Source of the DNA: Candidatus Marinacidobacterium sp.
Lineage (GTDB): Bacteria; Acidobacteriota; Vicinamibacteria; Marinacidobacterales; Marinacidobacteraceae
Direction: 5' to 3'
DNA length: 64,000 nucleotides
NCBI GenBank assembly: GCA_965220965.1
Contig: OZ244852.1
Coordinates: 1,536,001 to 1,600,000, forward strand
The notes below the pieces were generated by a model. It saw nothing but the letters and a program-made list of their open reading frames with translations. It was not told the DNA's origin and did not search any database. The position numbers and the translations under genes were made by a program. Shown here one piece after another: positions 45,832 through 58,532 of this stretch. Positions within the stretch are counted from its first letter, which is position 1. Every line of letters begins with the position of its first letter.

Positions 45832-45860
45832 TTGACATCGCGGGTTCCGCTTGCGATATT
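45832..45860 (+). promoter_or_regulatory. Sigma70-type promoter of nrdJ
   Basis: TTGACA (45832) - 17 bp - GATATT (45855) with an upstream TG. Confidence 0.7.
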
Positions 45861-45898
45861 CGTCCCCCCCTTTTTTGTTGCACCCTGGAGGACAGGCC

Positions 45899-48649
45899 AT
45901 GCAGACGGGCGTCGAGACAGTTCCCTCTCCGGCCCCCACCACGAACGGTCGGGCGCGTGGCCTCGCCTTCGCGCGACGGTTCACCCGGCCCGGCGTCTCA
46001 CCCTTCGACGAGGTGGCCTGGGAACGACGCGACGCCGTCATCACCGATGAGCACGGCGCGACGATCTTCGAACAGCGGGACGTCGAGTTCCCCAAGACCT
46101 GGTCCCAGATGGCGACCACGATCGTCGCCTCGAAGTACTTCCACGGTTCGCTCGAGAAGGGAGAGCGGGAGTCCAGCGTCCGGCAACTCGTCGGCCGGGT
46201 CGCCGACCAGATCACCGCCTGGGGCGTGAAGGACGGCTACTTCGCCGATGAGGAGGAGGCGGAGACCTTCCGCGCCGAACTCACCTGGCTCCTCGTCAAC
46301 CAGTACGTCGCGTTCAACTCGCCGGTGTGGTTCAACTGCGGCGTCGAAGAGCACCCGCAGTGCTCCGCCTGCTTCATCAACTCGGTGGACGACACGATGG
46401 AGTCCATCCTGACGCTGGCGAAGACCGAGGGCATGCTCTTCAAGTGGGGTTCCGGGACCGGCTCCAACCTGTCGGCGATCCGGAGCTCCCGCGAGAAGCT
46501 CTCGACCGGGGGAGCCGCCTCCGGCCCGGTCTCCTTCATGAAGGGCTACGACTCCTTCGCCGGCGTCATCCGCAGCGGCGGCAAGACGCGGCGCGCCGCC
46601 AAGATGGTCATCCTGAACGTGGACCATCCGGATGTCCTCGAGTTCATCGACTGCAAGGCGCGGGAGGAGAAGAAGGCGCACACGCTGATCGATGCGGGGT
46701 ACGACGGTTCGCTGAATGGCGAGGCGTACGCCTCGATCCAGTACCAGAACGCGAACCACAGCGTCCGGGTGAGTGACGCCTTCATGAAGGCGGTGGAGAA
46801 CGACGAGGAATGGGTCACCCGCTCGATCACCGACGGCGAGCCCATGGACAGCCTGCCGGCGCGCGAGGTGCTGCGGCGGATCGCGCAGTCCGCGCACCAG
46901 TGCGGCGACCCGGGGATGCAGTTCGACGACACCGTAAACCGGTGGCACACCTCGAAGAACACCGCCCGGATCAACGCCTCGAACCCCTGCTCCGAGTACA
47001 TGTACCTGGACGACAGCGCCTGCAACCTCGCCTCGCTGAACCTGATGAAGTTCGTCGACGGAGACGGGGAGTTCGATGACTCCGCCTTCGAGCACGCGGT
47101 GGACGTGGTGCTCACCGGCATGGAGATCATCGTGGGGAACGCCAGTTACCCCACCGAGCGCATCGGCAAGAACTCGCACGACTTCCGCCCGCTCGGGCTC
47201 GGCTACGCGAACCTCGGCGCCCTGCTCATGCAGCGGGGCCTCCCCTACGACAGCGACGAGGGGCGTTCCTGCGCGGCCGCCATCACCTCCCTGATGACCG
47301 GGCGGGCCTACGCCCAGTCAGCGCGGATCGCCGAAGTCACCGGACCGTTCCGGGGCTACCCCGAAAACCGCGAGCCGTTCCTCGAGGTCATGGGCATGCA
47401 CCGGGACGCGGCGCGGGCCATCCCGGAGGACGGCGTCCCGGGGAACGTGCTGCAGCGGGCGCGCGAGGTCTGGGACGAGGCGATCGAGCTGGGCGAGGTC
47501 CACGGCTACCGGAACGGGCAGGCGTCGGTCCTCGCGCCGACCGGAACGATCGGCCTGATGATGGACTGCGACACGACCGGCGTCGAGCCCGACCTCTCGC
47601 TGATCAAGCACAAGAAGCTCACCGGCGGCGGAATCATCCGGATCGTGAACCATTCGGTGGAGGCGGCCCTCGAACGGCTGGGCTACGAAGCGGACGCGAT
47701 CCGGCGAATCCTCGACCATGTGGACGAACACGGCCACGTGGAGGGCGCGGCGGACCTCCGCGAGGAGGATCTCGCGGTCTTCGACTGCGCGCTGCTCCCC
47801 GCCGGGGGAAGCCGCTCGATCCACTTCATGGGTCACGTGAAGATGATGGAGGCGGTCCAGCCGTTCCTCTCCGGGGCGATCTCGAAGACCGTCAACATGC
47901 CCTCCGACAGCACGGTGGAGGACATCGAAGAGACCTACATCGCCGCCTGGAAGCGCGGGCTCAAGGCGGTGGCCATCTACCGCGACGGAAGCAAGCTGGC
48001 GCAACCGCTGAACGTGGGGTCCTCACCCGACGAGACCGACCAGGACGCGGCGCCGTCTCCGGCGTCCGCGACCCGCGGCGCAGCGGGCGTCGACAAGGAG
48101 CATCTTCCCGCCGAGCGGGATGCGGTGATCCACAAGTTCGACATCGGCGGCCACAAGGGCTACCTCACCGTCGGGCTCCGGGAAGATGGATCGCCGTGCG
48201 AGATCTTCCTGCGGATGGCCAAGGAGGGCTCCTTCGTCTCGGGCCTGATGGACGCCTTCGCCCGCGCGGTGTCCTACAACCTCCAGTACGGCGTGCCGCT
48301 GTCGGTCCTGGTGCGCAAGTTCTCCCACACCCGGTTCGAGCCCTCGGGCTACACCGGGAACCCGGACATCCCTTACGCCGACTCGATCACCGACTACATC
48401 TTCCGCTGGCTGGGTCACCGCTTCCTCGAAGGCGGGGACGCCCCGCTGGCGGACGGCGATGATGAGGCGGCGCCAGAGGCCGACGCTTCCGAGCCTCAGC
48501 CCGCCCGGCGACGGAGCCCCCGCGCCGTTCTGGAGCCGGCGGCGGTGTTCCAGGACGCCCCGCCGTGCTCCACCTGCGGAGCGCTCATGGTGCGCAGCGG
48601 CACCTGCTTCAAGTGCCTGAACTGCGGCGCAACCTCCGGCTGCTCCTGA
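45899..48649 (+). CDS. nrdJ: Class II (B12-dependent) ribonucleotide reductase
   Basis: FNSPVWFN, QCSACFI, TRRAAKM, NPCSEY, APTGTI, YRDGSK, C-terminal TSCPD-like domain and zinc ribbon. Confidence 0.95.
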   Translation: MQTGVETVPSPAPTTNGRARGLAFARRFTRPGVSPFDEVAWERRDAVITDEHGATIFEQRDVEFPKTWSQMATTIVASKYFHGSLEKGERESSVRQLVGRVADQITAWGVKDGYFADEEEAETFRAELTWLLVNQYVAFNSPVWFNCGVEEHPQCSACFINSVDDTMESILTLAKTEGMLFKWGSGTGSNLSAIRSSREKLSTGGAASGPVSFMKGYDSFAGVIRSGGKTRRAAKMVILNVDHPDVLEFIDCKAREEKKAHTLIDAGYDGSLNGEAYASIQYQNANHSVRVSDAFMKAVENDEEWVTRSITDGEPMDSLPAREVLRRIAQSAHQCGDPGMQFDDTVNRWHTSKNTARINASNPCSEYMYLDDSACNLASLNLMKFVDGDGEFDDSAFEHAVDVVLTGMEIIVGNASYPTERIGKNSHDFRPLGLGYANLGALLMQRGLPYDSDEGRSCAAAITSLMTGRAYAQSARIAEVTGPFRGYPENREPFLEVMGMHRDAARAIPEDGVPGNVLQRAREVWDEAIELGEVHGYRNGQASVLAPTGTIGLMMDCDTTGVEPDLSLIKHKKLTGGGIIRIVNHSVEAALERLGYEADAIRRILDHVDEHGHVEGAADLREEDLAVFDCALLPAGGSRSIHFMGHVKMMEAVQPFLSGAISKTVNMPSDSTVEDIEETYIAAWKRGLKAVAIYRDGSKLAQPLNVGSSPDETDQDAAPSPASATRGAAGVDKEHLPAERDAVIHKFDIGGHKGYLTVGLREDGSPCEIFLRMAKEGSFVSGLMDAFARAVSYNLQYGVPLSVLVRKFSHTRFEPSGYTGNPDIPYADSITDYIFRWLGHRFLEGGDAPLADGDDEAAPEADASEPQPARRRSPRAVLEPAAVFQDAPPCSTCGALMVRSGTCFKCLNCGATSGCS

Positions 48650-48811
48650 GGTCCTGAAACCCCAGGCGGGCGTAACCCCCGCAGCCACGCGGGCGCGCCT
48701 GCGCTCGCTCCAGCTCGAGCACTAGCGCCGAGGCGGACCTCCGGACGGAGGACCGCCCCGCCCCAACGGGTTGCCCCGACAGGTTCCGGCCCGAAGGCCG
48801 GGAAACCGGAG

Positions 48812-51037
<2,226 letters not shown>

Positions 51038-51184
51038 TCCGGTGTTTCCTTTGTTTCCTTCCGGTTCTTCCCTGTACTGCTTCGCCTCACCGGGGAACCG
51101 CGATGTCCTCGCTCCGGTCCGGCCTGCCGGCATGGTCGGCGCGCGCACGGCGCCACCTTCCCTGCCCGGCCCGACGGGGGCGCT

Positions 51185-51454
51185 CTACTTCCTCAGGCCG
51201 AGTTCGGCAATCAACTCACGGTAGCGGCCCGCGTCCTCGCGCCGCAGATAGTCGAGCAGTCTGCGACGCCGACTCACCATCTTGAGGAGCCCGCGACGGG
51301 ACGCATGGTCCTTGGCGTGATCCGCAAAATGGCCGGTGAGCCCCGTGATTCTCGCGGTCAGAAGCGCGACCTGCACCTCGGGCGAACCCGCGTCGGTCTC
51401 ATGCCGACGGAATTTCTCGATGATCTCCCGCCGGGTGGAGTGTTGAAGCGCCAA
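51185..51454 (-). CDS. rpsO: 30S ribosomal protein S15
   Basis: [32 protein letters not shown]. Confidence 0.96.
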   Translation of the reverse strand: MALQHSTRREIIEKFRRHETDAGSPEVQVALLTARITGLTGHFADHAKDHASRRGLLKMVSRRRRLLDYLRREDAGRYRELIAELGLRK

Positions 51455-51727
51455 TGCCGGGTACCTGTGTCCGCGAGTAGTCCTGTCTGGTTTCCTGATC
51501 CCAGGTTTCCTGATCTTTCGTGTGCCGATCCGGGGCCGAATGCGCCCGCGGGCTCAGGAGCCCTTGTTCCGGATCGGAGCCCGCGTCCCGCCTTCCAGGC
51601 GGTCGGGCCGATGTCGCGCCGCAACGCAAGTGACGGGTCGCGTCGGTTTGCGGGAGGGAGCCTACCACGCGGAGTGAGAACCCACGCGGTGCGGGAGGGG
51701 CGCGATGATCCGCAAGAGCCTGGCGGG

Positions 51728-52660
51728 TCAGGCCTCCGCGGCCCAGACGAGCACCGGCCGCCAGCCGACCTCGGCGAAACGCACGACCGCCACCAGCTCG
51801 AGATCCTCGTCTCTGGCGAGCCGGGGGCGGACCCGCCGCACCGCCGCCCGCAGCTCCGGGTCTCCAGCGGGGTCGGCCGCGGCGCCGCAGACCGCCTCCA
51901 GGGGAACGGTGCGGCCGTGACCCAGCGCGCGCGCCGCATCGTCCCCGACTTCAAGCCGCGGCATCCCGGCGAGGGCCGCGAGCGGCGGCAGCACGAACTC
52001 ACGGGCGGCGCCGATGTCGGGGAGCGCTTCCAGCGCTTCGAGAGAAACGGCGCCGTCGAGCGAGAACGGTCCCACCACTTCCCTCCGCAGCGCCTGAAGG
52101 TGAGCCGCCGTGCCGAGGCGCTCTCCGAGGTCGCGGGCCAGCGCCCGGATGTACGCGCCGGGCCCCACCTCGCACTCGAGCCCGGCGTCCCGCCCGTCGA
52201 ACGCGACCAGCTCCAGCCGGTCCACGCGAACGACGACGGGATCCAGATCGGGCGGCGTCCCGGCGCGCGCCAGCCGGTAGGCGCGCCTCCCCTGGATGCG
52301 CTTCGCCGAATAGGCCGGAGGGCGCTGGAGGGTCTCCCCCAGGAATCCGGGAAGCGCGTCCCGCACCTCCGCCTCGCCGGGCAGATGCCCGGTCGGCCCG
52401 AGCGCCTGCCCGGTCCGGTCGTCGGTGTCGGTCGCCTGGCCGAAACGGACCGTGGCCCGGTAGCGCTTCGCGCCGGCGGTCACGAACCTTGCGAGCCGGG
52501 TGGCGCGGCCGAGGCAAACCGGCAGCAGGCCGGTTGCGAAGGGGTCGAGCGACCCGACGTGCCCGGCGCGAACGCCGCCGAACCGCCGGCGGACCCGGCG
52601 CACGACCGCGAAGGACGTGATCCCCTCGGGTTTGTCCACGAGGAGAACGCCTTCGATCAG
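51728..52660 (-). CDS. truB: tRNA pseudouridine(55) synthase
   Basis: DKPEG.TS, GHVGSLDP.ATG.LP, PPAYSA, G.YIRALARDLG. Homology extends to CTG at 52660; first canonical start is GTG at 52639. Confidence 0.92.
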   Translation of the reverse strand: MIEGVLLVDKPEGITSFAVVRRVRRRFGGVRAGHVGSLDPFATGLLPVCLGRATRLARFVTAGAKRYRATVRFGQATDTDDRTGQALGPTGHLPGEAEVRDALPGFLGETLQRPPAYSAKRIQGRRAYRLARAGTPPDLDPVVVRVDRLELVAFDGRDAGLECEVGPGAYIRALARDLGERLGTAAHLQALRREVVGPFSLDGAVSLEALEALPDIGAAREFVLPPLAALAGMPRLEVGDDAARALGHGRTVPLEAVCGAAADPAGDPELRAAVRRVRPRLARDEDLELVAVVRFAEVGWRPVLVWAAEA

Positions 52661-53088
52661 GAGCCTTCTCCCGGCCTCTCCGGCGCCTCGCCGCTCCGGG
52701 AGCCGTCGTCGTCCGCCGGATCCTCGCCATCTTCCTCGGGCGAGCGCTCCCGCTCCCGCTCGAGAATCTCCTCCAGCCGGACCGAGAACTCCACCGAGGG
52801 GTCGAAGACGAACCGCACCTCGGGGGTCTGACGAAGCCGGACCCTCCGGCCCAGGAGCGTCCGCACGCGCCCCCTGGCGCGGCCCAGCACCTCGAGCGTC
52901 TCCTGCTGCTCGCTCTCGCTACCCAGCACCGAGACGTGGACCCGGGCGAGCGACATGTCGCCGGTGACCTCGGCGCGGGTCACGGTGGCGCGCGCCACGC
53001 GCGGATCCCGGAACTGGAACCGGAGGATCCCCGCGACCTCCTTGCGGATCGCCTCGGCGACCCGCAGCCGCCGCTCGCTGCCGCGCAT
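52657..53088 (-). CDS. rbfA: Ribosome-binding factor A
   Basis: RVAE.I..E, DPR, VT..EV..D...A.V, LRQTPEVRF..D.S. Confidence 0.92.
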   Translation of the reverse strand: MRGSERRLRVAEAIRKEVAGILRFQFRDPRVARATVTRAEVTGDMSLARVHVSVLGSESEQQETLEVLGRARGRVRTLLGRRVRLRQTPEVRFVFDPSVEFSVRLEEILERERERSPEEDGEDPADDDGSRSGEAPERPGEGS

Positions 53089-53115
53089 CGATCCCTCAGG
53101 CGTCCGTCGGCGGCG

Positions 53116-53418
53116 TCACGGGGCTCGCTCCACCCACTCGATGTCGGCTTCGGCCACTTCGGCGGGGAACGCGCGCCAGGCGATGTCCCTGGCCGCCTCC
53201 AGCCGGGCGCTCACCGCGGGCGTCCCGAGTCCGACCGCCACCACCGACAGCTCTGCCTCGCGCAGGGCCTCCGGATCGCCGGTCTCCGCCACCGCAACCA
53301 GACAGCGGGCCCGCAGCCGATCGGTGAGCGAACGGACCACGCGCCGCCGGTCCTTCTTCGACCGCGCGCCGGGGAGCGAAAGGCGGATCCGCAACAGCCC
53401 TACGCGGGTTCGCGCCAC
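53116..53418 (-). CDS. DUF503 (YlxP-like) protein
   Basis: VGLL.I.L.LPG..S.K.RR.VV.SL..RL....VAVAE; position between infB and rbfA. Alternative ATG at 53475. Confidence 0.8.
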   Translation of the reverse strand: MARTRVGLLRIRLSLPGARSKKDRRRVVRSLTDRLRARCLVAVAETGDPEALREAELSVVAVGLGTPAVSARLEAARDIAWRAFPAEVAEADIEWVERAP

Positions 53419-53567
53419 CGGATTCGCCTCGCCCGGGAGCGTATCCGCGACCAGTCCAGTAGCCAACTCGAACATTTCTTCCGCGAGGCGGTTACCGGAG
53501 GGGCTGGAGGCAAACGGCCATCCCGGGGATACGCGCCGGAGCCCGCCCGCTTCTCCGGCCGCCTGAT

Positions 53568-56303
53568 CTAGGCGGATACCTCGACCTGTTTCTGCTCGAA
53601 CGCCTCGATGATGTCGCCGATCTTGACGTCGTTGTAGCCGGCGATCCCGACGCCGCACTCGAATCCCTCGCGGACCCGCGCCACGTCTTCCTTGAACCGG
53701 CGGAGGCTCCCGATGCGGCCCTGATGCACGATCCGGCCGTCGCGGACGAGCCGCACCTGGGCGGAGCGCGGGATCGCTCCGCTCAGGACGTACGAGCCGG
53801 CGACCGTGCCCACCCGAGGCACCGAGAAGGTCCGCCGGACCTCGATCCGGCCGAGCTCGACGATTTCGGTCTCGGGCTCGAGGAGCCCGGTGAGGGCCTT
53901 CTCGATCTCCTCGACGAGGTGGTAGATGACGTTGTGGGCGCGGATCTCCACGCCTTCGCGCTCCGCCAGCCGCCTGGCCTGCGGATCGGGGCGCACCCCG
54001 AAGGCCACCACGATGGAGTCGGTCGCGGCCGCCAGGTTCACATCGCTCTCCGACACCGCGCCGGCGGCGGTGTGGATGACGCGCACTTTGACCTCGTCGG
54101 TGGACAACCGGAGCAGCGAGTCGCGCACCGCTTCGGATGTCCCCCCCACGTCGGCCTTCACGACGATGGACAGCTCCTTGAGCCCGCCCTCGAGCTGGGA
54201 GTAGAGGTTCTGGAGGTTCAGCCGGCGCCTCCCCTCGAGCACCTCCATCCGGTCCGAGTCCTGGCGTTCCTCGGCGATACGGCGCGCTTCGGCGGCGGAT
54301 TCGGCGGCCGTGAACCGGTCTCCCACGACCGGCACGTCGGTCAGCCCCAGGACCTCGACCGGAGTCGAGGGCGGCGCCGACTTGAGCCGTTTCCCGGCGC
54401 CGTCCAGAAGCGCGCGGACCTTGCCCCAGGCGGCGCCCGCCGAGAGCGTCGCGCCCACCTTGAGCGTTCCGCTCTGCACCAGCATCTGGGCCACCGGGCC
54501 CCGCCCCCGGTCCTTGCGGGCCTCGAGCACGACCCCCTCGGCCGGAACCCGGGGATCGGCGAGCGGCTCTTCCAGCTCGGCCACGTCGAGGACCGCCGCG
54601 AGCATCTCGGGGAGCCCCTCGTGGGTCTTCGCCGACACCCGGCAGAAGATCGTGTCGCCGCCCCACTCTTCGGGGTTCACCCCCCGCTCCGAAAGCTGCC
54701 GCATGACCTGGTCGGGATCGGCGGCGGGCAGGTCCATCTTGTTGACCGCCACCACGATCGGGACCTCGGCGGCCCGGGCGTGGTTCAGCGCCTCGATCGT
54801 CTGCTCTTTCACCCCGTCGTCGGCGGCGACAACGAGGATGACCACATCGGTCACCGACGCGCCGCGGGCGCGCATCTTGGTGAACGCCTCGTGGCCGGGA
54901 GTGTCCAGGAAGACGATCCGTCGGCCGTCCTCGGTGTCCACGGTGTAGGCGCTCACGTGCTGGGTGATGCCGCCGGCCTCGCCGGCCACCACCCGGGTGG
55001 AGCGGATCGCGTCGAGCACGCTCGTCTTGCCGTGGTCCACATGGCCCATCACCGTGACCACCGGCGCCCGCTCCACCCATCCCTGGTCGCGAAGCGCCTG
55101 CGCCTCTTCCGCGCGGCTGTGCGCTTCGGCCAGCGCGCCCTCGTCGACTTCGTCGGGAGTGGAGGTCGTGCCGCCGAACTTCACCACGAGCTTCTCGGCG
55201 GTGTCGGCGTCGAGGACCTGATTGATCGACGCGGCCACGCCCTGATCGAGGAGGAGCGCCTTGATGACCTCGGAGATCGGGATGCTCATCGCCTCGGCGA
55301 GTCCCTTCACCGTGATCGCGTCCCCCAGCTCGACTTCGGCGCTGGTCCGGTATTCGCGGGAGATCGCCTGCCGGAGCCCGGGCGGGAACTGGCTGTCCAG
55401 CCCGTCGGCGGTATCGGGAACCTCGGCGGGGCCCACGCGGCGGCGGGCCTTGGAGCGGCGTCCGGGCGCGGGGCGCCGCGCCTTGGGGCCCATCCCGGGA
55501 CTCCGCCGGAGCGGAGGCGGCGTGGCCCGCAGGCGGGGAGGCGTCGCGCGCCGCGCCGGCGGCGTGACCGTGGGCACGATCTTCCGGTCGGTGGCGCCCG
55601 GCCGGAACTGGCCCGGTCGCGCCGGGGAGGCAATGCTCGGCGTCTCGATCCGCCGCCCGGTGGGTGTGGGGGCGGAGGTGAACGGCTCCCGGACCCGCCG
55701 GACGACGCCGGGGCCCTTCGGAGCGCGATCGCCCTCTTCGGGCTTGGCGGGCGGGCTCTCGGGCGCCGCAGGCGCCGGCTTCGGCGCATCCGCCTTCGCT
55801 GCCGCCTTTGCTTCGGCTGCTTCGGCGGCGCGCGCCAGCTCGGCCTGTTTCCGGGCCGCTTCCGCCGTGCGCCGGATCTCGGCGGCCTCCGCCTCCTCGG
55901 CCGCCCGTCGCTCCGCTTCGACCCGTCGCCGCTCTTCGCGCTCTTTCCGCTCCTCTTCCTCGCGCTCGGCCCGGGCCCGGGCCTCGGCCTCCTCCTTCTC
56001 CTTGCGGACCGCATCCTCCTTCGCCTGCTCCTCGGCGGCCTTCGTTTCGGCGGCGACCCGCTGGAGACGCTGTTCGGCGGCGCGCCGGATGTTCTCCTCC
56101 GCGCGGGCCCGGCGGTTCGGACGCGCCGCGCGGCGTTTGGCCAGCCGCAGCCGGGCGCGGACCTTGCGCGCGTCGTTCGGCTGAAGCGCCGACGAAACCG
56201 TGCGCACCCGCAGCCCGAAGTCGGACTGCAGCGCCTTCAGCAGCTCCGCGGGCTCCATGCCGAGCTCGCGGGCGAGATCGCTGACCCGAATCGAAGGGGG
56301 CAT
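53568..56303 (-). CDS. infB: Translation initiation factor IF-2
   Basis: [33 protein letters not shown]. Confidence 0.96.
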   Translation of the reverse strand: MPPSIRVSDLARELGMEPAELLKALQSDFGLRVRTVSSALQPNDARKVRARLRLAKRRAARPNRRARAEENIRRAAEQRLQRVAAETKAAEEQAKEDAVRKEKEEAEARARAEREEEERKEREERRRVEAERRAAEEAEAAEIRRTAEAARKQAELARAAEAAEAKAAAKADAPKPAPAAPESPPAKPEEGDRAPKGPGVVRRVREPFTSAPTPTGRRIETPSIASPARPGQFRPGATDRKIVPTVTPPARRATPPRLRATPPPLRRSPGMGPKARRPAPGRRSKARRRVGPAEVPDTADGLDSQFPPGLRQAISREYRTSAEVELGDAITVKGLAEAMSIPISEVIKALLLDQGVAASINQVLDADTAEKLVVKFGGTTSTPDEVDEGALAEAHSRAEEAQALRDQGWVERAPVVTVMGHVDHGKTSVLDAIRSTRVVAGEAGGITQHVSAYTVDTEDGRRIVFLDTPGHEAFTKMRARGASVTDVVILVVAADDGVKEQTIEALNHARAAEVPIVVAVNKMDLPAADPDQVMRQLSERGVNPEEWGGDTIFCRVSAKTHEGLPEMLAAVLDVAELEEPLADPRVPAEGVVLEARKDRGRGPVAQMLVQSGTLKVGATLSAGAAWGKVRALLDGAGKRLKSAPPSTPVEVLGLTDVPVVGDRFTAAESAAEARRIAEERQDSDRMEVLEGRRRLNLQNLYSQLEGGLKELSIVVKADVGGTSEAVRDSLLRLSTDEVKVRVIHTAAGAVSESDVNLAAATDSIVVAFGVRPDPQARRLAEREGVEIRAHNVIYHLVEEIEKALTGLLEPETEIVELGRIEVRRTFSVPRVGTVAGSYVLSGAIPRSAQVRLVRDGRIVHQGRIGSLRRFKEDVARVREGFECGVGIAGYNDVKIGDIIEAFEQKQVEVSA

Positions 56304-57676
56304 CAGGAACCGGCGCCTCCGTCCACGTTGGCGGTTTCGTTCACGGTCTCCGCGAGCGGACGCTTCTCGTCCGAAGGAGCGGGAGGGGCGGACGGCGCGG
56401 CGCGTCGAGGCGACCGATCGGGCGACCGATGGGGTGACCCATGGGACGACCGATGGGGCGCTCTGGCGGGCGGTCGCGGCCGCCGCCCGGCGCCGCCCGC
56501 CTTCCTGGAGTCCTGACGCGAGCCGGAGAACGGGCGCGCATTCGGGCCGCGGGGGGGTCGTCCGCGACCACGCGACCGGTCACGGTCGCCGCCCCGGGGA
56601 TTCCCCGGGCGGCGCGCCTCCGGCCGCCGGCTCCGCCGGGGCCTCGCGGGAGCGTCATCGCCGTCCGCGATGACCTCGATCGGGATGCCAAGAAGCTCGG
56701 ACGCGAGCCGCACGTTCTCGCCCCGCTTTCCCACCGCCCGCGGCAGTTCGGCCTCGGACACCGTCACGATGAGACCCGGATCGCGGCGGCGACGGCCGCG
56801 GTCGGGGGAAGGGGCGGGCCCGGTGGCCCGTTCGACCCGCAGCACTTCCGCCGGGCGCAGCGCGTTCCGGGCCAGCCCTTCCATCGTCGGACTCCAGCGG
56901 ACCACGTCCACCCGTTCCCCCCGGAGTTCGCGGCTCACCGCGCGGATCCGGGCGCCGCCCGGTCCCAAGCAGGCCGCGACCGCGTCGACCCCTGGCGCTT
57001 CGCTCCACACGGCGGCCTTGGCCCGGGTTCCCGGGTGGCGGGCCACCGCCCGCACCTCGACCAGGCCCCGGCGCACTTCCGGGGTCTCCCGCTCGATGGC
57101 GCCGGCGACCACTTCGGGCGCGATCCGGGAGAGGATGACCGGAGGGTCCTCGGGTTCGATCGACCGCACGACCGCCCTCACTGTGTCGTCCGGGTTGAAC
57201 ACCTCGTGGCGGCTCTGCTCTCCGCCCGGAAGACGGCCCTCGACCGGCCCCAGATCCACGATGAGATCGTGTCCCTCCCGGCGAAGCACCCGCCCGGTCT
57301 CGAGCTTCCCGATCCGGTCCCGGAACCGGTTGGCCCGGGCCAGAAGACGGCCCGCCCGCAGCTTCGTCTCGAGCGTTTCGCGAGCGGCCCACGCCGCGTT
57401 GCGCGACGCCGAACGGAGTGGCGCCGGGACCTCCACCAGGTCGCCTTCCGAAGCGCCCTCCGGCGCCTGGTCGCGATGGATCTCCCGCTCCGGATCCGCG
57501 ACTTCGGCGACGACCCGCTGCGAGGCGAAACACTGCAGAATCCCGGTCTCCTGATCCAGCCGGACCCTGAGCGTGCGTCCCGCGCTGCGCGAGGCCGCCA
57601 GCCCCGCCGCGTGCTCGACGCCAGCGATGACCTCGGCGCGATCCAGGTCCGCCGAGAGCTCTTCGATCGCCGCCAT
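56303..57676 (-). CDS. nusA: Transcription factor NusA
   Basis: S1 domain, E.PE, AR.PG.R.K.AV, G..G.RI, AVGKRGENVRLASEL. Divergent N-terminal domain and long Arg-rich tail. Confidence 0.9.
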   Translation of the reverse strand: MAAIEELSADLDRAEVIAGVEHAAGLAASRSAGRTLRVRLDQETGILQCFASQRVVAEVADPEREIHRDQAPEGASEGDLVEVPAPLRSASRNAAWAARETLETKLRAGRLLARANRFRDRIGKLETGRVLRREGHDLIVDLGPVEGRLPGGEQSRHEVFNPDDTVRAVVRSIEPEDPPVILSRIAPEVVAGAIERETPEVRRGLVEVRAVARHPGTRAKAAVWSEAPGVDAVAACLGPGGARIRAVSRELRGERVDVVRWSPTMEGLARNALRPAEVLRVERATGPAPSPDRGRRRRDPGLIVTVSEAELPRAVGKRGENVRLASELLGIPIEVIADGDDAPARPRRSRRPEARRPGNPRGGDRDRSRGRGRPPRGPNARPFSGSRQDSRKAGGAGRRPRPPARAPHRSSHGSPHRSPDRSPRRAAPSAPPAPSDEKRPLAETVNETANVDGGAGS

Positions 57677-58308
57677 CAGTCGCGCCGCCGCCTCCCGGGA
57701 CGCGTCTTTCGTCCGCCGTGGCTTCGGGGTCCGAGCAGGGCGTCGAAGTCCGGGTCGAGGCGGGCGGCGAGGACGTCGTCCCAGCGCACCCACACGGCGT
57801 CCTCCGGCTCCCCCACGATGCCCTCGATCCGGACCGCGAACTCCTCCACCGTCTCCAGCTTCCCCACCAGCGTCCGGTGGCGGTCCTCCATCCGGCACTT
57901 CACCCGCACCCGCCGCCCGGTGAATCGCCTGCAGTCGGAGATCGAATGAAGCGGCCGATCGAGCCCTGGAGTGCTCACCTCGAGCACGTAGGAGCCGGGG
58001 ATCGGATCCTCCAGGTCGAGCAGCGCCGACAGCCGCTCGTTCACCCGCTCGCAGTCCGGAAGACCGACCGGCCCGGCGTCGGAGGGAGCGTCGTCCGGCC
58101 GCTCGACAAAGACGCGCACCCGCCTCGATCCGCGAGGACCCTTGATCTCGGTCCATGCCAACTGAACCCCGGCGCTCACTGCCGCGCGCCGCGCCAGCCC
58201 TTCCACCCGGGCGGGAAGATCCCGCTCGGCGGCAGCGCTCTGGCTCGGCGATCGTTCGTTCTGCGGAATGCGTGGGGCCTCTCCGGGCGGCTCGATTCGG
58301 GTATGCAA
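57676..58308 (-). CDS. rimP: Ribosome maturation factor RimP
   Basis: DCE.V...LS.LLD.EDPI...Y.LEVSTPGLDRPL. TTG start is approximate. Confidence 0.9.
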   Translation of the reverse strand: MHTRIEPPGEAPRIPQNERSPSQSAAAERDLPARVEGLARRAAVSAGVQLAWTEIKGPRGSRRVRVFVERPDDAPSDAGPVGLPDCERVNERLSALLDLEDPIPGSYVLEVSTPGLDRPLHSISDCRRFTGRRVRVKCRMEDRHRTLVGKLETVEEFAVRIEGIVGEPEDAVWVRWDDVLAARLDPDFDALLGPRSHGGRKTRPGRRRRD

Positions 58309-58346
58309 CGGGTCTCCCGGACGCCCGCAGAATCCCGACGGCGGCC

Positions 58347-58380
58347 AAAAAAACCCGCCGCGCAACCGGGCGCGGCGGGT
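58347..58380 (-). terminator. rimP-leader-like hairpin plus U tract (attenuator)
   Basis: Minus strand cccgccgcgc-ccggtt-gcgcggcggg followed by T7, between a TATACT -10 box (about 58430) and the rimP start. Confidence 0.7.
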
Positions 58381-58532
58381 CGCGATGGAACGAGCACACC
58401 TCATAGGGAGTGCTGGACCGAAGCGGCGAGTATAACCTGAAAGCGCACGGCCCTCCGGACCGTCCGTTCCGCTGCTCCGCCGGAGACGGCGGAGGGCGGC
58501 GGGTCGCCCGAAGAGGGACGGACCCCCGAGGG

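Noticed and set aside
45564-45898. Cobalamin riboswitch or intein associated with nrdJ
   Set aside because: No B12-box seen upstream, where NrdR boxes explain the regulation; no intein-like insertion in the protein.
56303-58399. Possible RimP-NusA fusion
   Set aside because: rimP and nusA are in different frames with a TGATG overlap at 57676.
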